Origin: a virus
Taxonomy: Duplodnaviria > Caudoviricetes
DNA length: 40,214 nucleotides
Strand: one strand, 5' to 3'
Virus record (IMG/VR): IMGVR_UViG_3300042315_000125
Span: 1 to 40,214 of that record
The notes beneath the pieces were generated by a model, which was not told where the DNA came from, ran no database searches, and was given only the letters and a program-made list of their open reading frames with translations. The stretch's first letter is position 1, and each line of letters starts with the position of its first letter. The position numbers and the translations under genes were made by a program. Of the stretch, positions 1 through 5,861 are shown piece by piece.

Positions 1-178
1 CCATTCCATCTTGGGTATAGGCCGTCTTCGTTCTTTTGATCTTCGCCTTGCCCGTCAAATGGTTGATCTGATGCTGGCCATAAGGTCTCCCACTTCTCAG
101 GAGATTCATCTGTCTGTAAGAGTGCTGGCATAGCTAGATACTTCCAAGGGACTAAACCGCCTGGATATCTATCGGGGT
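1..178. repeat. Terminal direct repeat, copy 1 (circular assembly overlap)
   Basis: 1-178 matches 40037-40214 except C51 vs G40087, and it lies inside the terminase ORF. Confidence 0.97.
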
Positions 179-1037
179 TCCGTAATTCTCGATATAGATC
201 AACTGATGCTACACGGGTTCCAATTACTATAAGTTTACCTGTGGGGTTAAGACGAGACCGGACGTCCTGGGTTAACCACTTGATCTGGCGTTCAAAGTCG
301 TTGGCGTTACTTAGAGTAACTGCGTCGTCGATGATAATCATATCTGCACGTTTACCGTAGATCTGACCGCCGATACCGACTGCTTCTATGTTGGGATCCT
401 TCTCAGAGGATTCTCTAAGCTCGTCCCCAAAGGTAATACGGGTGGCTTGCCAGGAAGCGGACTTGCTATTAAAACCTACGCCAGCAGCATAAGCCTGCTG
501 CAGATTCTCATACATTGGATGAGTTAATCGTTGTTTGATGGCGTATAGAAAGTCTGCGGCAAGACGCTGGGTCTGCGAGACGATCAACACTCTAAAGTTA
601 GGATTCTTACAAACTTGCCAGGTTACGTAGTCAACGGTAATCGTTATGGACTTGGCGTGGTTTGGCGGGATGTTAATTAAAATTCTATTACTAGCTAGGC
701 CTTCTTCCCACTTCATAGCGGGGTGTAGCCATCCTGGTTCGCGTCCCTCGATAACATCCACTAAATTCTGCTGGTGTGGAAAGGTCTTTTGGTTGAGGTA
801 CCGCTCACGGAACTCAGCGAAGGAGATATCGTGTACATCACCGGAGGCGAAGGATTTATCTTTTAAACCTAGCCTAGTTCGGTCCACCTTATCGGAGAAG
901 ACCTTATCGGTCCGACGGTAGTACTCATAAGTCTTTAAGGATTTACCAGCGGAGGCACAAGATTGCTCGATGGTCATACCTTGGGCGACGCAACCTAAGA
1001 TTATTCGTTTGGCTATATCTGCCGAATTTTCGGACAC
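1..1037 (-). CDS. terL: Terminase large subunit, N-terminal part (HTH-like region plus ATPase); continues across the junction into 39211-40214, about 620 aa in total
   Basis: Not in the ORF track. Manual translation from GTG 1037 (SD AGGAGA) gives MSENSADIAKRIILG..., Walker A IPPNHAKS, Walker B MIIIDD and coupling motif IVIGTR, in frame with ATG 131 (=40167). Confidence 0.93.
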   Translation of the reverse strand, partial: MSENSADIAKRIILGCVAQGMTIEQSCASAGKSLKTYEYYRRTDKVFSDKVDRTRLGLKDKSFASGDVHDISFAEFRERYLNQKTFPHQQNLVDVIEGREPGWLHPAMKWEEGLASNRILINIPPNHAKSITITVDYVTWQVCKNPNFRVLIVSQTQRLAADFLYAIKQRLTHPMYENLQQAYAAGVGFNSKSASWQATRITFGDELRESSEKDPNIEAVGIGGQIYGKRADMIIIDDAVTLSNANDFERQIKWLTQDVRSRLNPTGKLIVIGTRVASVDLYRELRNPDRYPGGLVPWKYLAMPALLQTDESPEKWETLWPASDQPFDGQGEDQKNEDGLYPRWN

Positions 1038-1102
1038 ATCTCTCCTAAAGTTTATTAATGAACCGGAGGAAGTATATGTTAACCGGATGAAAGACCTAAT
1101 AC

Positions 1103-1238
1103 ACCTGCCGCGAAGCGTACCTCGCTTTACGGGCTTGGCGCCCGAGCGAGCTACAGCGAAGTGAGGGGTAAGTTAGGTATCGCCCCTTGGGGGCTTCTAC
1201 CTAGGAGCGGAGTGTAAGCGTAGCGACTCCGAGCAGGT
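1103..1238. other. Multibranch inverted-repeat structure upstream of terL (ssDNA or RNA element)
   Basis: Outer stem ACCTGC/GCAGGT encloses CGC-GAA-GCG, CTCGCT..CGGGC/GCCCG.AGCGAG, TAGGTA..GCCCC/GGGGC..TACCTA and CGGAGT/ACTCCG stems. Confidence 0.5.
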
Positions 1239-1679
1239 AAAACTCATAACAATCCGTTTTACTCCCCTACTATATATAAGGCAGGAAATCTGGTCGATTT
1301 CCCGCATTGTGCCAAAAAACTTTAGTTTTTGTGGCGTAGATCACTTAATACCGGTATATAGCTACCCAAAATATTGACTTTAGGAAAAATATTTATAATG
1401 GGTATATACCCCCTTGCGAACAAGAATTAAGCAATGGGGGGTTGTCTTTTGCGCCTAGACAAGCCCTGACCGCCCTAATGGGCGGGAATAGTTGCCCTAT
1501 CGGGCAGAGTATTGGCAGAGTGAGGGGCTTATATTAAGAGTCGCTGATTACTAACCTAACGGCAACTATCTGCCCCCCTATTGCCTCTACTAATCGCTAA
1601 CGCTCACCGATACCAGCCCCCACCAGCCCGTTAACCCTCAACCTTTACTTAACAGTTAACCCAGCCCACTCTCAGCAAA

Positions 1680-1701
1680 TCGTTATCATTTCGTTATCAT
1701 T
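1680..1701 (+). promoter_or_regulatory. 11-bp tandem repeat (TCGTTATCATT x2), putative transcription-factor site
   Basis: Exact tandem copies ending 6 bp upstream of the early promoter -35; GTTAT-n6-GTTAT spacing. Confidence 0.6.
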
Positions 1702-1707
1702 TAATGC

Positions 1708-1736
1708 TTGACTAATGGGGTAGTGTCCCTTACTCT
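1708..1736 (+). promoter_or_regulatory. SigA-type early promoter
   Basis: TTGACT (1708-1713), 17-nt spacer, TACTCT (1731-1736), 50 nt upstream of the first early gene. Confidence 0.7.
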
Positions 1737-1786
1737 TTACTTAGTGAGCAAACCCGCCCACTACTAGACGCAAGGAGAATAATCTA

Positions 1787-2098
1787 ATGAGTTACTTTAC
1801 TAATGAAACCCTAAAATCTAAGGCGCAAGAGATTAAACAAGAGTTTGAAAATGGCGGAGCAAGTTGGGAAGGCGTAGCACTTGAGATTGCCCGCCTAGAG
1901 TTAAAACTAGAGGCGGTTAAAGAAGGCTTAGGTGTTGATTTTAGAATTGACTTAGGCACTTGGGACGGCTCATATTGCGCAAGTGAAGAAGATATAACCT
2001 TGTTTGACCCTAAATGCTGTGACCACGATTATGAGAGTGCTTGCCCTTGTTGCTTGGGTGATTGTGATAAGTGCCAAGATGAGCAAAATATACAATAG
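1787..2098 (+). CDS. Early acidic protein with Cys-rich C-terminus
   Basis: SD AAGGAG, 103 aa, about 23 D/E vs 9 K/R, 8 Cys in the last 40 aa. Confidence 0.85.
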   Translation: MSYFTNETLKSKAQEIKQEFENGGASWEGVALEIARLELKLEAVKEGLGVDFRIDLGTWDGSYCASEEDITLFDPKCCDHDYESACPCCLGDCDKCQDEQNIQ

Positions 2099-2101
2099 GG
2101 C

Positions 2102-2153
2102 TTAGTGGCGGGCTATCTCTCACCCTTACGGGTGGGAGGTGGCACTCTCCTAA
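2102..2153 (+). other. Intergenic RNA hairpin (possible RNase III/processing site)
   Basis: 14-bp stem GCTATCTCTCACCC/GGGTGGGAGGTGGC with G.U pairs on the + strand; loop TTAC. Confidence 0.65.
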
Positions 2154-2179
2154 ACTAGAAGAGTGAGAAAGATAGGGAT

Positions 2180-2437
2180 ATGGCAAAAGTAATCAAAACT
2201 ACCACCCTCCTAGCGGATAAGAGTGGAGCGGTGTGGGTGGAGGCGCAATTAAGTGAGGCGCAAGTAAAGCGGGTTATAAATAGTTATAAGAGGGCGGGAA
2301 TTGACCTAACCCCGTATGGCTCACCTAATCAAGTAATCAAGCAAGTGGAGGAGATTAACGCCTTCTTTACTAATGATGAGCGTTCCCGTTCGTTCGTGGA
2401 GGCGGGTAAGTTGCAAGTGATTGGGGTGGGCTTCTAA
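2180..2437 (+). CDS. Early hypothetical protein
   Basis: SD-like GATAGGGA; 85 aa; TAATG coupling to the next gene. Confidence 0.85.
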   Translation: MAKVIKTTTLLADKSGAVWVEAQLSEAQVKRVINSYKRAGIDLTPYGSPNQVIKQVEEINAFFTNDERSRSFVEAGKLQVIGVGF

Positions 2438-2607
2438 TGAGCACTATTGAATTATTAGAGAGTATCGCGGGAGAGTTGAACACCCTTCCCGCCTTATTAC
2501 TTGAAGCTATAAGAGAAGATGAGGGAGCGGTAGAGTTAGTAAAAGAGTATGGGAGAGGGAACTCTACTTATAATGATTTACTAGATTATATGAACGGCAT
2601 AATCTAA
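2437..2607 (+). CDS. Early hypothetical acidic protein (56 aa, MSTIELLESIAGEL...)
   Basis: Manual translation; TAATG overlap; fills the gap up to the second hairpin. Confidence 0.8.
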   Translation: MSTIELLESIAGELNTLPALLLEAIREDEGAVELVKEYGRGNSTYNDLLDYMNGII

Positions 2608-2608
2608 G

Positions 2609-2666
2609 TTAGTGGTTTACTGTCCTCTCCTCTGCTACGCTAGGGGAGAGGGCGGTAGATTACTAA
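2609..2666 (+). other. Intergenic long RNA hairpin (possible RNase III/processing site)
   Basis: 25-bp stem TTAGTGGTTTACTGTCCTCTCCTCT/AGGGGAGAGGGCGGTAGATTACTAA with several G.U pairs on the + strand. Confidence 0.7.
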
Positions 2667-2700
2667 ATCGGTAATCTTAACTAGACGATAGGAGCAAGAG

Positions 2701-3048
2701 ATGGACCAAGTAAGAGAGAAGAGTTGCGAGGCTCGTATAGATGAGCAACTTGAAAACCTAGAGGAGAGTGTTATTCACCCTTTAGAGCATTACTACGACG
2801 GCGACCAAGAGGGAGAGTGGAATAACTACCCTTTAGCGGTTAGCACTTATCAACTGACCAAGATTGAATTGTCTTGGGGTGGACCAAGCGACTTCTTAGA
2901 AGTCAAGCACGAGGGGGCGAGTATTCTCTCAATTACTTACCACTTCCAAGATTGGTTTGACGGGGCTAGGAGAGAGGTAGAGGAAGGCTCTAAGGTTTGG
3001 GAGTATTGCGCCACAGTAATTCAAGCAAGAGAGGAGTGTGGCTACTAA
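2701..3048 (+). CDS. Early acidic protein (LSWGGP motif)
   Basis: SD GATAGGAG; 115 aa, about 25 D/E vs 9 K/R. Confidence 0.88.
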   Translation: MDQVREKSCEARIDEQLENLEESVIHPLEHYYDGDQEGEWNNYPLAVSTYQLTKIELSWGGPSDFLEVKHEGASILSITYHFQDWFDGARREVEEGSKVWEYCATVIQAREECGY

Positions 3049-3203
3049 TGAAATCACCTAATTATTACAGAGTGAGGAGAGTAGTGCGGGCGGTGTTTTG
3101 GTCTGCACTATTGGCGGGACTACTGGCAGGGCTTTACCTAATAAGCTCCCGCCTATGGTGGACAGGGTCGGGCTACTGCTGGGGAGTGGGGTGTGGACTA
3201 TGA
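3048..3203 (+). CDS. Small membrane protein (51 aa)
   Basis: ATG 3048 via TAATG overlap; basic N-terminus followed by hydrophobic AVFWSALLAGLLAGLYLI. Confidence 0.78.
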   Translation: MKSPNYYRVRRVVRAVFWSALLAGLLAGLYLISSRLWWTGSGYCWGVGCGL

Positions 3204-3364
3204 GTAGAGAGTTAGAGCAATTTTTAAATACTGAGGCAGAGTGGGAAGGTATCACTAATAAAATGGAAGAAGAAGACTCAACGCCTAATGATGATAAGTT
3301 TGAGAAGTTTATTTGGCGTTATGGTGTGCCAGTTAGTGTAGATATGGAAGGGGTAAAAGTATGA
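3200..3364 (+). CDS. Early hypothetical acidic protein (54 aa, MSRELEQFL...)
   Basis: ATGA overlap at 3200; 3' part of the 3098 ORF in the track. Confidence 0.75.
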   Translation: MSRELEQFLNTEAEWEGITNKMEEEDSTPNDDKFEKFIWRYGVPVSVDMEGVKV

Positions 3365-3597
3365 AGGTATCAACAGTAATTGAAGAGCTAAAGAAATTAA
3401 ATCCTGATGAGGAGATAGTGGTGAGCTGGTTTGATAAGCAAACCTATCAAGATTATTACAATGATGAACAGGAGATAACACCTGCCGAGTGGGAGTATGT
3501 AGTTAAATCCTTAGACAATAGTGATTACTACTGGCAACAAGTTAATTGGACACTAGAAGAAGCGGTAGCACACATCAAGGGAAGGGTAAAAGTATGA
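3361..3597 (+). CDS. Early hypothetical acidic protein
   Basis: ATGA overlap, purine-rich SD, 78 aa. Confidence 0.85.
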   Translation: MKVSTVIEELKKLNPDEEIVVSWFDKQTYQDYYNDEQEITPAEWEYVVKSLDNSDYYWQQVNWTLEEAVAHIKGRVKV

Positions 3598-3878
3598 GCA
3601 AGATGAAGCAACACTTAGAGAAGCAGATAATAATTGCTCACTCTGAAGAAGAGAATACGGGCTGGAAGAGGCGTATCTCTTTTAATTATCAGGGTAATAA
3701 CTATGAACTAACCTTATATTGGGGTGAGTTTGATGGCTACGATATTGTGTGGCGATTTTGTGATGGCAAGCAGATGATATATACACCCGCTTGGGTAATT
3801 GAGTGGGACGAGGAAGCTCACGAGGGTATGAGCTTTGAACATTACCTTGATGAACTAACTTGGGAGAGGACTAAGTAA
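3594..3878 (+). CDS. Early hypothetical protein (MSKMKQHLEK..., 94 aa)
   Basis: ATGA overlap at 3594; aromatic and acidic composition. Confidence 0.85.
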   Translation: MSKMKQHLEKQIIIAHSEEENTGWKRRISFNYQGNNYELTLYWGEFDGYDIVWRFCDGKQMIYTPAWVIEWDEEAHEGMSFEHYLDELTWERTK

Positions 3879-3988
3879 TGAGCGACTTAATAAACGAACT
3901 AATAATACTGGCTGAGGAGTTAATTGAACTGACCACCGACCAGCCCACTATCAACGACCTAAAGAGAAACGAGGAGGAGAGCGTATGA
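3878..3988 (+). CDS. Early micro-protein (36 aa, MSDLINELIILAEEL...)
   Basis: Manual translation; SD GAGAGG; TAATG and ATGA overlaps on both sides. Confidence 0.7.
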   Translation: MSDLINELIILAEELIELTTDQPTINDLKRNEEESV

Positions 3989-4104
3989 GTTATGGTAAGT
4001 GCTGGGTATGTGGTTGCGAGATGAGTGGTGATAGCCAAACCCTAGAGAATAAGGTCAAGTGTGATAGGTGTAGTTGGGTATCACACAAAGACGGGAGTTG
4101 GTAA
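3985..4104 (+). CDS. Zn-ribbon micro-protein (39 aa)
   Basis: MSYGKCWVCGCEM...KCDRCSW has two CxxC pairs; strong SD GAGGAGGAG. Confidence 0.75.
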   Translation: MSYGKCWVCGCEMSGDSQTLENKVKCDRCSWVSHKDGSW

Positions 4105-4274
4105 TGAGCGAGCCACGCTACCTATTTGGGGACGATTACGCCTATAACGGAGGCTACGAGGAGCTAATAGACTGCAATATCTGTAAAAAGATGTTTGATA
4201 GGGTAGAATATAGGTCAGATACCTGCTCAGATTGCGAAGATAAGAGAGTAAAGAGAGAGAAGGCGAGTAAATGA
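4104..4274 (+). CDS. Small Zn-finger protein (56 aa)
   Basis: CNIC...CSDC; TAATG overlap; SD GGGAG. Confidence 0.78.
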   Translation: MSEPRYLFGDDYAYNGGYEELIDCNICKKMFDRVEYRSDTCSDCEDKRVKREKASK

Positions 4275-4537
4275 AAGATGTATTACAACTGCCCCGCAGG
4301 GGCAAGGTTGATGTAATTTTTTATGAAGTATCAGACGCTCAAGGGATAGCTATATGGGGCGGAGAGAACGTCCTAGAGGCTATTGAGTGGTATCGTAAGA
4401 GTCCTACTGATAGCAAAGTATGGGTCGGACAGTATGAAACTACGGAGGAGGAGGCTAAATTAACTATGGACTTCATAGAGATTACACCGATAGTACTTGC
4501 TACTATTGCTAATTGTGTTGATAGGTTTACTAAATGA
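4271..4537 (+). CDS. Early hypothetical protein
   Basis: 88 aa, ATGA overlaps on both sides. Confidence 0.82.
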   Translation: MKDVLQLPRRGKVDVIFYEVSDAQGIAIWGGENVLEAIEWYRKSPTDSKVWVGQYETTEEEAKLTMDFIEITPIVLATIANCVDRFTK

Positions 4538-4755
4538 GTAAAGAGGTCGAGAACAGGATAGAAACTGCGAAGGCACAAGCCGTTCGTCAGAGAAATTATC
4601 GGAGAGCAAGGGACAGGGCGTTAGCTCGTTTGAGTAGAGATTACCCAAATGTATATCGCACCTATCTTGAAGAGGAGATGGCAACTGATGAACAAGTGGG
4701 TAAGAGGTGGCTTGATATTACTGGTCGTACTAGGTCTGTTAAGCACAGGTCATAA
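4534..4755 (+). CDS. Hypothetical Arg-rich helical protein
   Basis: 73 aa, RQRNYRRARDRALARL, ATGA overlap. Confidence 0.75.
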   Translation: MSKEVENRIETAKAQAVRQRNYRRARDRALARLSRDYPNVYRTYLEEEMATDEQVGKRWLDITGRTRSVKHRS

Positions 4756-5110
4756 TAAATTATTTCCACCACCGGCGGGTAAAATACCTGATGGTGTAAT
4801 AGAGAATAGGAAGGCAACATCAGATGAGAAGAGTCGTAATAGAAAGCTCGCAAAGGAGTACGCTGCGGCTGGTTTCGACTGGCGAGGGAGAGAGTGGAAG
4901 TGCCTTGAGTCCCTTTGGACCCGTGAGAGCAGGTTTGATAACTATGCAAAAAACCAACAAGGAAGTTCAGCTTATGGAATTGCTCAACTCCTTAGAGAGA
5001 AAGATCACCGAAGCGAATACCAAATCTTACGAGGTCTTAAATATATTTCTGCACGGTACAACACACCTTGTAGAGCCTACAGTTTCTTTCTCAAACGAAA
5101 CTACTACTGA
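4688..5110 (+). CDS. Secreted or membrane-anchored lytic transglycosylase (lysozyme-like SLT fold)
   Basis: Probable start ATG 4688 (SD GAGGAG) giving signal/TM MNKWVRGGLILLVVLGLL; motifs CLxxLWxRES (catalytic Glu), SSAYGIAQ and GLKYISARY. Confidence 0.85.
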   Translation: MNKWVRGGLILLVVLGLLSTGHNKLFPPPAGKIPDGVIENRKATSDEKSRNRKLAKEYAAAGFDWRGREWKCLESLWTRESRFDNYAKNQQGSSAYGIAQLLREKDHRSEYQILRGLKYISARYNTPCRAYSFFLKRNYY

Positions 5111-5147
5111 TTAACATAGACTTGTCCTAACCTTCCTAGGACATACC

Positions 5148-5189
5148 GAAAGCCTCGCAGTTTTCATTCATTTCCTGCGGGGCTTTTCT
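5148..5189 (+). terminator. Intrinsic terminator of the early operon
   Basis: Stem GAAAGCCTCGCAG/CTGCGGGGCTTTT (G.U on +), 14-nt loop, U-rich end. Confidence 0.75.
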
Positions 5190-5199
5190 AATTCTAAAA

Positions 5200-5273
5200 G
5201 ACAAAAACCCCTACGGGATAGGAACCGTAGAGGCTATTGCCAGCACTCAACTGGATATCGGATCCAGCCTTGT
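5200..5273 (-). ncRNA. Candidate ~75-nt small RNA
   Basis: Extended -10 TGcTACAAT (5288-5280), hairpin CTGGAT/ATCCAG, then a terminator hairpin; no ORF inside. Confidence 0.4.
5201..5234 (-). terminator. Intrinsic terminator of the leftward replication operon
   Basis: Minus-strand GCCTCTACGG-TTCCTATC-CCGTAGGGGT-TTTTG, with G.U pairs only on the - strand. Confidence 0.75.
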
Positions 5274-5310
5274 AGTAAAATTGTAGCACATTTTTACAAA
5301 TGTAGCACAA

Positions 5311-5478
5311 TTATTTATCGTTGGTATAGAACCCGCTACCTTTAAAAGTTATAGATGGGGCAGACCATAAGCGGGAGGTCAACTCACTACAGCAGGTGGG
5401 AGTGTCCTCAACACCATAGATAGGGCGTTCAATAGAGATAACCCCGCCACATACCTTGCACTTATATTCGTATATCAG
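5311..5478 (-). CDS. FmdB-family zinc-ribbon regulator (55 aa), apparent CTG start
   Basis: Manual translation (M)IYEYKCKVCG...PTCC...RLWSAPSITFKGSGFYTNDK matches the YEYxCxxC...FKGSGFY signature; SD GGAG 7 nt before CTG. Confidence 0.85.
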   Translation of the reverse strand: MIYEYKCKVCGGVISIERPIYGVEDTPTCCSELTSRLWSAPSITFKGSGFYTNDK

Positions 5479-5861
5479 AGAGCTACTCCGTCACTCACCT
5501 TTAAAAACCCTACCAGTTTATTGCGGTTAGATTTATTAGCAAACTCAGTTGTATTAGGTAGCCACTTATCTGCCCAGGCTGGCTGAGGTAATTTACCAAG
5601 ATCAAATCCCCATACACCTTCCGGTGTTGCGTTGATATACCAAGGTGCAAGTGAACGCATACCTGCTGCCTCAACTAATGCTTGATACTTCATCTCTTCA
5701 ATAAGTAATTCAGGGTAGTGTGTCTTACGGGATTTAAGTTCAATAAACATCTTATGTTCTAGTGATACGCAGTCCCAGGTATCAAACTCATCACTCTTCT
5801 CAAGGTCTGAGTAGTGAAACTCTTTTAGGTAATCAAATAACTCAGGCTCTTTTAACTCCAA
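5475..5861 (-). CDS. PD-(D/E)XK-type nuclease-like protein
   Basis: WDC...FIELKSR (D..ExK) and LLIEEMKY. Confidence 0.65.
   Translation of the reverse strand: MELKEPELFDYLKEFHYSDLEKSDEFDTWDCVSLEHKMFIELKSRKTHYPELLIEEMKYQALVEAAGMRSLAPWYINATPEGVWGFDLGKLPQPAWADKWLPNTTEFANKSNRNKLVGFLKVSDGVAL

Noticed and set aside
1-178. Terminal repeat as a biological direct terminal repeat
   Set aside because: It lies in the middle of terL, which is typical of a circular-assembly overlap.
646-1164. Plus-strand ORFs 646-921 and 970-1164, including as terS candidates
   Set aside because: They are antisense shadows of terL and its leader, with no SD or recognisable motifs.
1374-1399. TTGACT...TATAAT as a consensus promoter
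   Set aside because: The spacer is only 14 nt, too short for SigA recognition of both boxes.
1040-1786. tRNA gene or attP/integration module in the large intergenic region
   Set aside because: No cloverleaf with a T-loop consensus was seen, and no integrase or repressor was recognised in the genome.
3058-4949. Minus-strand and alternative-frame ORFs over the early operon
   Set aside because: They overlap a fully coupled + strand gene chain and lack SDs or motifs.
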